Assembly: GCA_038087875.1 (NCBI GenBank)
Contig: CM075988.1
Coordinates: forward strand, 434,001-498,000
Direction of reading: 5' to 3'
From: Malacoraja senta
Lineage: Eukaryota
DNA: 64,000 nucleotides
Part shown: piece after piece, positions 1-12,730 of the stretch
Layout of the letters: every line of letters starts with the position of its first letter
Numbering within the stretch: the stretch's first letter is position 1
The notes under the pieces: generated by a model
Seen by the model: the letters and a program-made list of their open reading frames with translations, nothing else
The model's database searches: none
Told to the model about the DNA's origin: nothing
Made by a program: the position numbers and the translations under genes

Positions 1-1252
1 AGCTCGTGAGTTTACCGTAGTAGGACCTGGTGTCCTATATCACTATTGTATGTTCATGATGGCAAATAAGAATACTCTGTATATTCATTACCTTTGAATT
101 GTAGTTTTATGTAATCCTCCCATAATTTCTGTTCCATTTCACAATATCTATCAGACATACAGAATGTTGCAAGGTAATATCTTGCCCAAACTCTGTGTAT
201 CTTTCTATCTCAATAAATATCATAAAATATGCCATTGTTTCAGCCACATTATGACAAAATATAGAATGTAGGTTATTTGTTATCAGTCACCCCCATCCCA
301 GAAAAACAGTACTTAAAGATGAACATTTGTTTTACTAATTTACGAGCATGTACCATACAGAGTCCGTTGATCCATATCCAACAAACTATTGTGATAATTG
401 CATAAAAGGTATTATTGTCTAAAAATTTGGTGTGGAATGATAATCCATCTCAGTACTCATTTAGGCAAGTCCCAAGCTATAGATACTTTTCCCCCACCCC
501 CAATCCCCCTCGCCCGATCTTCATTGAACCTAGCATTTGACCGATCTTTTACTCAGCTGCTGTAACGTTTCCTTCCTATGCAAATCTCTGTGTAGCATCT
601 CTGTCCCTATCTTCCAATTCCACTTTGAAATAAAATACAACTTTTGACTTAAAAATTTCGCAGCAGGATCGCTATATAAATGCAAATATATGGTATTTTA
701 TCCTAGCATTCCCCCCCCCCCTTACCACCTCACAAGAAGCGTAACTTGAAGCGTTTGCATTTGGAGAAGTTCGATATGGACCAGGAATGAAAATTAATAG
801 CTATGAATCGATTAACAGCGAGCTACGAGGTGAGATTGAAACACCTGTCAGAGGGCTAAGAAACAATCCTGAGTTGACGGCATATTGTTTAAGTGACCAT
901 CTTGCAGCGACCTCACCATATTCTGGTTAAATATTTCACTTTGAAATTATATTCATTTATAACCGTTTGTAACATCAGTAACCACCTCAATGTTAATGCG
1001 TTTAGTACCGGGTATGCTTGAAACTATTTATTGTAATGTACTGTATCTTTAAAAAAAAAACTATATCAACCAAGTGTGAAAATTACACTGAATCGAACGA
1101 TGATTGAAAATGCGTGGGAATCGACTAATTTTTAAGTCGAAAGTTGTATTTTATTTCAAAGTGGGAATTTGAAGATAGGGACAGAAATGCTACACAGAGA
1201 TTTTAAACTCGGGAGAGCTCTTGGGTGAACTCGCACAGTGGGACAGGGCTTG
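1..1252. mobile_element. Right part of a probable PIF/Harbinger-like non-autonomous element (left end outside the window)
   Basis: 1205-1252 (ctcttgggtgaactcgcacagtgggacagggc) resembles the right TIR of the 34384-37332 element. Bases 1-20 resemble the reverse complement of its subterminal motif cacggtagactcacgagt. Confidence 0.45.
582..1203. repeat. Inverted repeat pair of about 76 bp (582-657 / 1127-1203), MITE-like
   Basis: aaatctctgtgtagcatctctgtccctatcttcc...gacttaaaaatt recurs as its reverse complement at 1127-1203 with few mismatches. Confidence 0.7.
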
Positions 1253-2959
1253 AGGCAGCATCTATGGAGCAAAGGAATTAGCCAACGTTTCGGGCCGGGT
1301 CTGAAGAAGGGTTTCGACCCGAAATGTTGCATATTTCCTTCGCTCCATAGAGGGGGGGGGGGGGGGTGGTGCAGGGAGTCAGATAGACTGTGCAATGACA
1401 GGGGGGGATCCCAGTGTGAGAGTGAGTCACCACCTGCGTACAGCGTTCCCACATCCCTCTTTTCCACCAAGCAAGGCACACTCCTCTCTCCCCTCTGCTC
1501 TCTCCCCCTTTCCTTCTCTCATCCTCCCCCCCTCTCTAAAGAAGGAGGCAGAGGGAGGGGGAGGGAGGTAGTGAGAGGTAGGGAGAGGGAGATTTAAAGG
1601 GTAACTGGTTTTGGTCTCCAATCACCTTACAAAGGGCAGCCAACAGTTGTGGTGAGGCAGAAGGGAGAACTCCCTCTCTCTCCAATTGTCTCTCTCTCTC
1701 CCCTTCTCTCTCTCCCCCCTCTCTCTCTCCCCCCTCTCTCTCTCCCCCTTCTCTCTCCAATTCTCTCTCTGCCCCTCTCCATCCTCTCTCTTCTCTCCAA
1801 TTCCCCCTCTCTCTCTCTCCCCCCTTCCTCTCTTCTCTCTCCAATTCTCCCTCCCCCACTCCTCTTCCCCCAGCCACGTTTACATCTACAGTTCACTCCA
1901 CGAGTGTGTGTGTGTGAGCCGAGCAGTGTTTCTCATTCTGACTCTGCTCCGTGAGCTGCTCATATTGACAGTAATCGTGTCCAACTCTTAACTGAAAACG
2001 AGTGGTTTGCAAACTGAAAATCCCCCCTCTCTGTCTCTCCACTGTCCCCCCCCCAACACACACAGACAGAGACACACCCAGACACACACGCAAATAGAGA
2101 GACACACACACATACACACACACACAGCCACAGAAACACAGAAACACAGACACACACACATACACACATAGCCACAGAGACACACAGCCACAGAGACACA
2201 CACACACACAGAGACACAGAGACATACACAGACACAGAGTCACACACACACACAGACAGACAGACACAGACAGACAGACACACACACACAGGGTTAAATC
2301 CCACCCGTACCCCGGTCCAGACATTAACCCCGACACCAATGTTAACACAGACTCAAACCTCCAACCAGGTCTGCTGTTGTACGGCAACGAATGAGTTAAC
2401 ACAACCCCCCCCCCCCCCACCCACCCCACCCCCCCCCACCCACCCACCCACGGCCCGTCTGCCCGTTCCCGGCGTTTAGCGTTGAATACTCACGGCTGAG
2501 TTCGCTGCGGTGCTGGGGCTTGCTGCCCTGTAGACTCCCACCCCCCCAGAGCCCGGTACTTACCCCCCCCCCCCCCCACCCCGGGTCTGCTCCGGCGGCA
2601 GCGAGTGACACAATTTAACGCATTTACTGAGGAATGTGGATCGATGCATTGTATAACTACTTGCTAACTACTGGCTGTTAGCAAGTGTTACAGTAGCAGT
2701 TAACACATCGTTTGTTATCCATGTTCGTTTTGAAAAAAAATCCGTATGGCGAATGTTTTTAAATCTGTGTTTAACATAGCGAATTTGTATTTCCATATGA
2801 AATACGGAAAATTAACACGGTGCCCAATTTGGAAAAATCGGTCCAATCGGCCTAGGGCCAGCCATGCTCACGCCCCTCTCCCTCTCCGTCTGTATCCCAG
2901 AGACAGGTTCCCGGTGACTATTCCCTCAACTCTCATCCCATATTCCGGTCCTCTGGTGA

Positions 2960-3440
2960 TTACAGAGTCATCCAAGACGGAAACTGGCCCTTCTGCCCAC
3001 ACCGAACAACATGCCCCATTAACCATCCACCTGCCTGCGTTTGACCAATATCCCCCTAAACCTTTCCGATCAATGTACCTGTCCATATGTTGTGATAGTA
3101 CCTGCCTCAACAACCTCCTGTGGAAGTTCATTCCATACACTCCTGTGTGAAAACGTTGCCCCTCAGGTTCTTATTAAATATTTCCCCTCTCAGCTTAAAA
3201 CGATGTCTTCCCCTACCCTGGGGGTAAAATACTGCATCTACCCAATCTATTCCTCTCATGCTTTTGTACACCTTGATAAGACCATCATCATCCTCCTGTG
3301 CTCCAAGGAATAAAGTCCTCGCCTGCTCAACCTCTCCATGTAGTTTGGACACTCTCGTCCTGGCAACATCCTCATGAATCTTCTCTGCACCCTTTCCAGC
3401 TAAAGAACATATTATGGTGACCAAAACTGAACACAATGCT
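2960..3440 (-). mobile_element. Old degenerate CR1 LINE 3' fragment
   Basis: Minus-strand remnants of the CR1 ORF2 C-terminus (GLIKVYKSMRGIDWVDA..., GNVFTQ). Confidence 0.65.
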
Positions 3441-3539
3441 GTCAAATCTATGATCATGTTTATCAAGGTAAAGTGATTTTTCCTATTGCACACAGGTAGG
3501 TAAGATTATTGACAGACATTAGTACAATTTCATCATTTT

Positions 3540-4990
3540 CCAATGTTCAATAGATTCAGGAACAGTTCCTGTGGATTGGAGGATAGCTAATGTTCTCCCA
3601 CTTTTCAAGAAAGGAGCGAGAGAGAAAACGGGGACTAACAGTTAGCCTGACCGGTGATGGGAAAGATGCTGGAGTCAATTATTAAAGAGGTCTTGGATTG
3701 CAGTAAAAGGATTAGTCCAAGTCAGCATGGATTTATGAAGGGAAATCATGCTTGACTAATCTTCTGGAATTTTTTGAGGATGTGACAAGTAAAATGGATG
3801 AAGGGGTGCCAGTGGATGTAGTGTATCGAGACTTTCAGAAAGCCTTTGATAAGGTCCCGCACGGGAGACTGTGAGTAAATATAGAGCACATGGTATTGGG
3901 GGTAGGGTGTTGACGTGGATAGAAAATTGGTTGGCAGACAAGAAGCAAAGAGTAGGAGTGAACGGGTCCTTTTCAGAATGGCAGGCAGTGGCGAGTGGAG
4001 TGCCGCAAGGCTCGGTGTTGGGGCCGCAACTGTTTACCATATATATTAATGATTTGGAAGAGGGAATTAGGAGCAACACTAGCAAGTTTGCGGAAGATAC
4101 AATGTTGGGTGGCAGTGTGAACTGTGAAGAGAATGTTAGGAGGTTGCAGGGTGACCTGGACAGGTTGAGTGAGTGGGCAGATGCGTGGCAGATGCGTATA
4201 ATATAGATAAATGTGAGGTTATCCACTTTGGCGGCAAAAGCAAGGGGGCAGATTATTTTCTCAATGGGGTTAGGTTAGGTAAGGGGGAGGTACAGCGAGA
4301 CCTGGGTGTCCTTGTACACCAGTCACTGAAAGTTGGCGTGCAGGTACAGCAGGCAGTGAAGAAAGCTAATGGAATGTTGGCCTTCATAACAAGAGGATTT
4401 CAGTATAGGAGTAGAGAGGTTCTTCTGCAGTTGTATTGGGCTCTGGTAAGACCACATCTGGAGTATTACGTACAGTTTTGGTCCCCTAATTTGAGGAAGG
4501 ACATCCTTGTGATTGAGGCAGCGCAGCGTAGGTTCACGAGATTGATCCCTGGGATGGCGAGACTGTCATATGAGGAAAGATTGAAAAGACTAGGCTTGTA
4601 TTCACTGTTTCTTATAGAAACATATAAAATTATAAAAGGACTGGCAAGCTAGATGCAGGAAAAATGTTCCCAATGTTGGGTGAGCCCAGAATCAGGGGCC
4701 GCAGTCTTAGAATAAAGGGGAGGCCCTTTAAGACTGAGGTGAGATCAAACTTTTTCACCCAGAGAGTTGTGAATTTGTGGAATTTCCTGACACAGAGGGC
4801 AGTGAGGCCAAATTACTGGATGGATTTAAGAGAAAGTTAGATATAGCTCTAGGGGCTAGTGGAATCAAGGGATATGGGGAGAAGGCAGGCACAGGTTATT
4901 GATTGGGGACGATCAGCCATGATCACAATGAATGGGCTGCTGGCTCGAAGGGCCAAATGGCCTCCTCCAGCACCTACTTTCTATGTTTCT
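3540..4990 (+). mobile_element. CR1 LINE (subfamily A), 5'-truncated, frameshifted RT plus 3' tail
   Basis: RT motifs GVPQGSVLGP, FAEDT, LVRPHLEY; 3' tail ttctatgtttct. Confidence 0.92.
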
Positions 4991-5044
4991 GTTGCTAATT
5001 CCCAGTTAACTATTTTAATTTAGTTTAGTCAATTGACATGTTTA

Positions 5045-5345
5045 GGGCAGCACGGTGGTGCAGCGGTAATGTTGCTGCCTCAGGGTGTCAGAGACCTGGG
5101 TTCGATCCTCACCTCGGCTGCTGTCTGTGCAGAGTTTGTACGTTCTCTCTGTGACCACGTGGGTGTTTTCCGAGTGCTCCGGTTTCCAACCGAACTCCAA
5201 AGATGTGCGGATTTGTAGGTTAATTGATTTCCGAAAATTGTAAATTGTCCCTCGAGTGTGTAGGATAGTGCAACTGTACGGGGTGATCGCTGGTTGGCGT
5301 GGACTTAGTGAGTCGAAGGGCCCGTTTCTGTGCTGTATCTCAAAG
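5045..5345 (+). mobile_element. tRNA-derived SINE (HE1/V-SINE-like)
   Basis: A box (tggtgcagcgg), B box (ggttcgatcc), V-domain-like body and a CR1-type 3' end (gaagggcccgtttctgtgctgtatct). Confidence 0.75.
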
Positions 5346-5557
5346 TAAAATCCAAAATCCAAAGTGTACCGAGGCAGAGAAATGCTTGTTTGCTGCTTGC
5401 GATCTAGTCAGGGGAAAGACTAGACATGATTACAATATTGGATGAAGGGAATAATATTTAGTGCAAGATGAAGTCCAATAAAGTCCATTCTAAGGTAGTC
5501 CGAGGGTCTCCAATAAGGTAGATAGTTATTCAGGACCGCTCTCTGGTTGTGGTAGGA

Positions 5558-6660
5558 TAGAGAACTGGCTGGCAAACAGGAAGGAAAGAGTAGGAGTAAA
5601 CGGGTCCTTTTCTCAATGGCAGGCAGTGACTAGTGGGGTACCGCAAGGCTCAGTGCTGGGACCCCAGCTATTTACAATTTATATTAATGAGCTGGATGAG
5701 GAAATTGAAGGCAACATCTCCAAGTTTGTGGATGACACTAAGCTGGGGGGCAGTGTTAGCTGTGAGGAGGATGCTAGGAGGCTGCAAGGTGACTTGGATA
5801 GGCTGGGTGAGTGGGCAAATGTTTGGCAGATGCAGTATAATGTGGATAAACGTGAGGTTATCCACTTTGGTGGCAAAAACGGGAAGGCAGACTATTATCT
5901 AAATGGTGGCCGATTAGGAAATGGGGAGATGCAGCGAGACCTGGGTGTCATGGTACACCAGTCATTGAAAGTAGGCATGCAGGTGCAGCAGGCAGTGAAG
6001 AAAGCGAATGGTATGTTGGCCTTCATAGCAAGAGGATTTGAGTATAGGAGCAGGGAGGTTCTACTGCAGTTGTACAGGGTCTTGGTGAGACCACACCTGG
6101 AGTATTGCGTACAGTTTTGGTCTCCAAATCTGAGGAAGGACATTATAGCCATAGAGGGAGTGCAGAGAAGGTTCACCAGACTGATTCCTGGGATGTCAGG
6201 ACTTTCATATGAAGAAAGACTGGATAGACTTGGCTTATACTCGCTAGAATTCAGGAGATTGAGAGGGGATCTTATAGAAACGTACAAAATTCTTATGGGG
6301 TTGGACAGGCTAGATGCAGGAAGATTGTTCCCGATGTTGGGGAAGTCCAGGACAAGGGGTCACAGCTTAAGGATAAGGGGGAAATCCTTTAAGACCGAGA
6401 TGAGGAAAAACTTTTTCACACAGAGAGTGGTGAATCTCTGGAATTCTCTGCCACAGAGGGTAGTTGAGGCCAGTTCATTGGCTATATTTAAGAGGGAGTT
6501 AGATGTGGCCCTTGTGGCTAAGGGGATCAGGGCGTATGGAGAGAAGGCAGGTACGGGATATTGAGTTGGATGATCAGCCATGATCATATTGAATGGCGGT
6601 GCAGGCTCGAAGGGCCGAATGGCCTACTCCTGCACCTAATTTCTATGTTTCTATGTTTCT
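5558..6660 (+). mobile_element. CR1 LINE 3' part, young copy with an open 312-aa RT C-terminal ORF
   Basis: ORF 5626-6564 (GVPQGSVLGP, FVDDT); (ttctatgt)n tail; nearly identical to 15971-16757. Confidence 0.95.
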
Positions 6661-8945
6661 ATCTGGGCAAATTTATTCCCAACCTCAGCGATCTATCTGT
6701 CCCCCTGCGACAACTGACGCACAAGGACACAGCATGGTCCTGGTACCCGCAACATCAATGAGTCTTCGAGACACAGCGAGCCAGTGCACTGATGCTGCCG
6801 TATTTCAACCTCAAGCCGCCGATCACCATCACCTGCGATGCATCCCAGTACGGGCTAGGTGCGGCGTGCCTACAGACAATCACCGACGGTGATGTGATGC
6901 CTGTCTCCAATGCATCACAAACCCTAACGGACATTGAACAACGCTATGCTCAAATTGAAAAGGAGCTGCTCGCCGTAGTTTTTTGCCTGTTCGAAATTCA
7001 AGGTCTTAATTTTTGGAAAAACCATCACTGATGAGACTGACCATCAGCCGCTAGTCACAATCCTGAACAAACCCATCCACGCTGCCCCGGCTCGTCTACA
7101 ACGCATGATGATGCAGCTGCAGTGTTTTGACTTCCGCATCATATACAGGAAAGGTAAAGACATGCACATACCAGACACGCATTCCAGACACTACCAGCAA
7201 ACGCCACCCCATCGAATGAGACGAATTCTCGTTCAAGAAAGTCTCGTTCGTGCCCACTGATCGTCTATGACGCCTTGCCGAGCACACAGCTGCGGACAAA
7301 ACTTCACAACTGCTAACTATCGTCATAAAGAACGGATGGCCCCACAAACAGTCAAACACCCCACTAGAAATACGACCCTACTTCCTGGTTCGTGAAGAGC
7401 TAGTGCTACAGGACGGGATAATCGTCAAAGGCCACAAGGCAGTCTTCCCTCCCACTCTACGGGGTGAGTACTATGACGATATCCACAGAGGCCACCCCGG
7501 CACAGAGACCACTCTAACACGGGCCCAAAACATGTTCTACTGGCCCGGAATGACAAGGCTCATACGTGAAAAGACCGAATCGTGCTCTACATCAATGACA
7601 CCACATCAGCAGAAGCAGCCCCTCCTGCCTCAGCCAGCTCCCTCCCTTCCGGGATCTTCACTGGCCGCCGACATCTTTGAATGGCACGGGAAACACTACC
7701 TTGTTTTGGTGGACTCCTACTCGAGCTGGTTCAAAATTGACCTGCTTCCAACGATCACCTCCGAGACAGTGATCCAGAAACTGCCAATCCACCTGTCCAT
7801 GCTTGGGGCACCTGTCCGCCTTCAAACTGACAATGGAAGGCAATTCACCAGTCAGAAATTCAAGAACTTTGCCGAATGGTGGAACTTTCAACACGTCACC
7901 AGCAGCCCAGAATACCCACAGTCCAATGGACTTGCCGAGCGTGCTGTTCGGAGCGCTAAACAACTCATGGAGCGCTCCTACCCAGCAAAATCTGACGTCT
8001 ACCTGGACCTACTCTACCTGCGGAACATTTCAAGGGACAGCGTTGTCGGCTCCCCCGCCCAGCGGCTAATGTCTCGCCAGACGCGTCCACCACTGCCTGT
8101 CTCCCAGCAACAGCTGCAGCCGCAGGTCCGTTCTCCCACCGCGATACAAAAGCGAGTGCAGTTTAAACGCGACACGCAAAAGCGGTTTTATGACAAGACC
8201 AGCAAGCCGCTTAAACCACTAGTACAAGGACAAGTGGTACACCTACAAACTGACAAAGGACATACCAAACTAGGGCACATTCATGGCCCTTGAAAGGACC
8301 CACGCCCCCACCTGGTCAAAGTGGATGGTGTCCTCTACAGTGGCAACCGTCAACATCTCCTACCAGTGAAGAAACCTCGTCCGGCGCCTGCGGGTCCTGA
8401 TGCCCCCCCATTCGTCTTTATACCAACGCCTTTTGCAGCCTTCCCACCACCTGTTGCGACCAAGACCACACACTCCCCGCGTTGGTCTGCCCCTGCGTCT
8501 CCTGTTGTAACCGGTGCCCCAGCCTCCCCGCGTCGGTCTACCCCCGGTTCCCCCATGGCGGTCTCTCCCCACAAGCCCATCGGGTCACCAGCGGCATTAC
8601 CAACCCCAGTCCACATCTTTTCGGAAGGAAAGGGGGATGAGGCGGTTCCTTACCGCACGAGGACCGGGTGGGTTAGTAGGCCACCCACTAGATACGGCGA
8701 TTTTGTTTAACCGTACCATATTCCCTCAGCTTATTGTTTAATGTGCCTTAGTTGCTTTTCATTTCTACGAGAAGAGATGTAGATTGGCTATTGCATGTTA
8801 GCCAATCAGAAGGCTTAGTAGTAATAACCCTGCCTAGTGCATGCTTTATAGTAAGGAGTCATTTATTATATACAGTAGTTGCAGCAGACTGAACGTACAA
8901 TGTACTCTAGATCGGACACTGGAATGTCTATTAAACATGCTTACA
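6661..8945 (+). mobile_element. Gypsy/Ty3 LTR retrotransposon 3' half (RT end, RNase H, integrase, PPT, 3' LTR)
   Basis: RNase H motifs CDASQYGLGA and YAQIEKELLA; integrase HHCC remnant, VLVDSYS, TDNGRQF, PQSNGLAERAV; purine tract before an LTR running TGTA(8778)...TACA(8945). Confidence 0.92.
8778..8945 (+). repeat. Short (about 168 bp) 3' LTR
   Basis: TG...CA ends, preceded by gagaagaga; contains CCAAT, a TATA-like run and ATTAAA. Confidence 0.65.
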
Positions 8946-10360
8946 CCCTTACCTGTATGCGAGTAAGGTAATTACAGTACACCTGTATAAGATCACCCCT
9001 CATCCTCGTGTGCTCCAAGAAATAAAATCCCAGCCTGCCCAAACTCTCCCTATAACTCAGGCCTCTCGAGGTCTGGCAACATACTCGTAAATATTCTCTG
9101 CACCCTTTCCGGCTTGAGAACATCTTTCCTGTAACACGGTGCCAAGAACAGAACACAATGCTCTAAATGTGACCTGTGGGGAATGATGTATTTAATATGT
9201 TTAGAGTAATGGATCAATGCGTAATGATGTGTTAATGTGGGAGCAATATAACTGTGCAATGAGTAATTCCTGAAATAATAGATTGTGTATTAATTAACAC
9301 AAGGAGTAATGCATTCTTGCAGGGGAGCAATGTTTCAATGCAGAGAGTGCTGCACTAACAGAGTAATGCATTAAGCCTAGCACAGCGATAAGTTACTCCA
9401 GCATTTTGTGTCTATCTATGATTTCTCTAACTTGAAGTAACCCTTGCATCCAGTCTCTCTCCATCCCTTCCCACCCAAGTCGCTGTACTATTTTCAAACT
9501 CATCGTGTTGAGTCTCGTTGTCTGTATATCTCATTTTCACCTAGCCCACAGTTTCCTTTATCATGGTTACCTGGTAGCATAACTTTCATTTAACTGTTCT
9601 ATATATCTCTATATTAACGTCTATATCTCTGGTTTCCCTTTTGCCTCTCTGAAGAAGGGCCCGACCCAGGGCCGGATTTAGATGAAGAGAGCCCCTAGGC
9701 CGTTCCACTTGTGAGGCCCCTCCCAATCCCCCACCCCCATGACTAGAGGAAGATGGTCCACCAGATTGACACCGATTTGCAGCTGAGCGTGTCCAATGAG
9801 ATAAGGGGCTGGAAAGCTGCACCTTTTTATTTATTTATTTATTGCCAGTGCTAGTGTCGAGTTATCGGCTTAAAACACTATTAGTCTGAAATGGAGGGCA
9901 AGGAAAATTACTGAAGGGTTGTTTAGAGACTACAGTGCATTATGACAGCATATGTAAGAAAGGCCAATGACAGTGTCAAAAATATTATACACCTTGCAGG
10001 GCTCTCACATAACTTTTTTTCTCTGTTGTCAGCCAGGCAACCTTGGAAGTTTTTTAGGTTGCCAAATGACAGTTTAGGTGGTCATTTAAGACGGTTTGCA
10101 TGACGCGTGCGATAATGTGCTCGGACGAAGTGCGTAGTTACCAGTCTGAATTATGCTCAATGAAGCATTCACATATTATTTCTGATTCAGATAAAGTCAC
10201 AAACTAAACATATTCACCAATCAAGGCATGATATATCCCACAATGACATGCAGCAATATTATAATACAGTATCTCAACTCTTTTTACACGTTGCAATGAA
10301 TGCAATTTCTATAAGATCTTTCTACATCCAAACAAAAATGTGGTTGGATTATTCAGCGTA

Positions 10361-10795
10361 TGATCAACCTCGGTGAGACCAAGCGCAGGCTTGGCGATCG
10401 CTTCGCACAACACCTCCACTCAGTTCGCAATAACCAACCTGATCTCCCGGTGGCTCAACACTTCAACTCCCCCTCCCATTCTGAATCTGACTTTTCTGTC
10501 CATGGCCAGAGTGAGGCCCACCGTAAATTGGAGGAGCAGCACCTCATATGTAGCTTGGGCAGTTTACACCCCAGCGGTATGAACATTGACTTCTCCAATT
10601 TCAGGTAGTCCCTGCTTTCTTCTCCCCTTCCCAGCTCTCCCTCAGCCCACTGTCTCCGCCTCTTCCTTTCTTCTTCCCGTCCCCCCCACCCTCACATCAG
10701 TCTGAAGAAGGGTCTCGACCCGAAACGTCGCCTATTTCCTTCACTCCATAGATGCTGCCTCACCCGCTGAGTTTCTCCAGCATTTTTGTCTACCC
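10361..10795 (+). mobile_element. Penelope-like element 3' fragment (GIY-YIG C-terminal part and pLTR tail)
   Basis: GETKRRLGDRFAQHL...RKLEEQHLI...GMNIDF; CTGAAGA...GAAACGTC core at about 10702-10729. Confidence 0.88.
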
Positions 10796-11416
10796 ATTCA
10801 CACAAGTTCTGTTATCCCACTTTCCTCACCTACTCCCTACACATTAGGGGAAATTTTACAGAGACAATTTAACCTACAAAGCCAATGCGTCTTTGGGATG
10901 TGGGAGGAAACCCACACGCTTGCAGGGAGAATGTGCAAATTCAATACAGACAGTGCCCGAGGACAGGATCGAACACAGATCTCTGGCGTGTGAGGCAGCA
11001 AGTCTACCAGCTGTGCCACTATATTTTGTTTTCCAACACACAAAAAATTATACGTTGATAAATTTGGTTACTAAAAAAATGAAAATATCCATTTTCAGTA
11101 TTAAATCTCCAAGTGACGCTATGTCCCCCTTTACAGCTACTGTCTGTTTTAATTCAGTTCAAGACTATGGGGCAGTACATTGGCCATAAAGTTGCTGCCT
11201 AATAGTGCCAGAGACCCGGAATTGATCCTGAATATGGGTGCTGTCTGTATGGAGTTTGCTCCTTTTCCTTTGATCACATGGGTTTTCTCCGGGTGCTCTT
11301 GTTTCCTTCCACATTCCAAAGGTGTGCAGGAATCTATTTCAGACCCAACCCAAAACGTTATATTTTCCTTTTGTCCAGAGATTCTGTCTGACCTGTTGAG
11401 TTACTCCAGCTTTTTG

Positions 11417-12018
11417 TCAAGTCAAGTCAAGGCAATTATATTTCTATAGCACATTTAAAAACATCTCCCGTTGACCAAAGTGCTTTACATCAGTGCAGGT
11501 ACTAACATGCTACATACAGTGGTACACAGATCTAACAATACAAACATAAATACATACATACAGCGCCCCCTCAAGAAACGCTTGTTAGTAGAAATAGGTT
11601 TTAAGTCTAGACTTAAAGGAGTCGATGGAGGGGGCAGTTCTGATGAGAAGAGCGATGCTGTTCCACAGTCTAGGTGCTGCAACCGCAAAAGTGCGGTCGC
11701 CCCTGAGCTTAAACCTGGACCACGGGATAGTCAGTGGCCCCAAGTCGGCCGACCTGAGGGACCTGGAGGTAGAATGGTGGGCTAGAAGGTTTTTGATATA
11801 GGTGGGGGCAAGCCCGTTAAGGGCTTTGCATACATATAGGAGGAGCTTGAAGTTGATTCTGCACCATACTGGGAGCCAGTGGAGAGGGGCCGGAATCTGG
11901 GTGATGTGGTCCCTTTTACGGGGACCCGTCAGAAGTCTCGCGTTTTGGACCAATTGCAGGCGGGATGATTGGCTGATGCCAGTGTCTAGGGATTTGCAGT
12001 AATCAAGGCGGGAGGAGA
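11417..12018 (-). mobile_element. L2 LINE 3' fragment
   Basis: VQNARLLT..RKRDHIT..LHWLPV..RINFKLLL..FKSRLKTY; (cttga)n tail; absent from the paralogous site at about 44120. Confidence 0.88.
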
Positions 12019-12730
12019 TGTGTCTATCTTCAGTTTAAATATATATATTTATTTATAAAGTTATATATTAATATATAAATATACACTGTTTTGTTTTCTC
12101 GTTTATAACATTGTTTACAGAGTACTATGTTTACATATTCTGTTGTGCTGCTGCAAGTAAGGATTTCATTGTTCTAACTGGGACGTGAGAATAAACACTC
12201 TTGACGCTTGACTTACGTCGCTAATGTGTGGGTTAGAACTAGTGTACGGGTGATCGGTGGTCGGCGTGGACTGAAAGACCTGTTTCCACGCTGTATCTTT
12301 AAATTAAACTAAAAACACTAAAACCAGAGGGAGTCTAAAGAAGGGTCTCTACCCGAAACCTCACCCAATTTCTTCTATCCAGAGATGCTGGCTGCTCCAT
12401 GGAGTTCCCCCGCACAATTAAAGCATGGAATAGTCTTCACCCTTCCATAGTTACCCAACCAGACGCAACTAAATTTAAGGTAGTTGTTTAAGAAGGAACT
12501 GCAAATGCTGGAAATTCGAAGGTAGACAAAAATGCTGGAGAAACTCAGCGGGTGAGGCAGGATCTATGGAGCAAAGGAAATAGGCAATGTTTCGGGCCGA
12601 AACGTTGCCTATTTCCTTCGCTCCATAAATTTAATGTAGCTCTTTTTCCCCCAAGAACCCTTTTTTTTGCTTAAGTCCAAGTCAAGTCAAGACAGTATTA
12701 TTGTCATGTGTCCCAGATAGGACAATGAAA

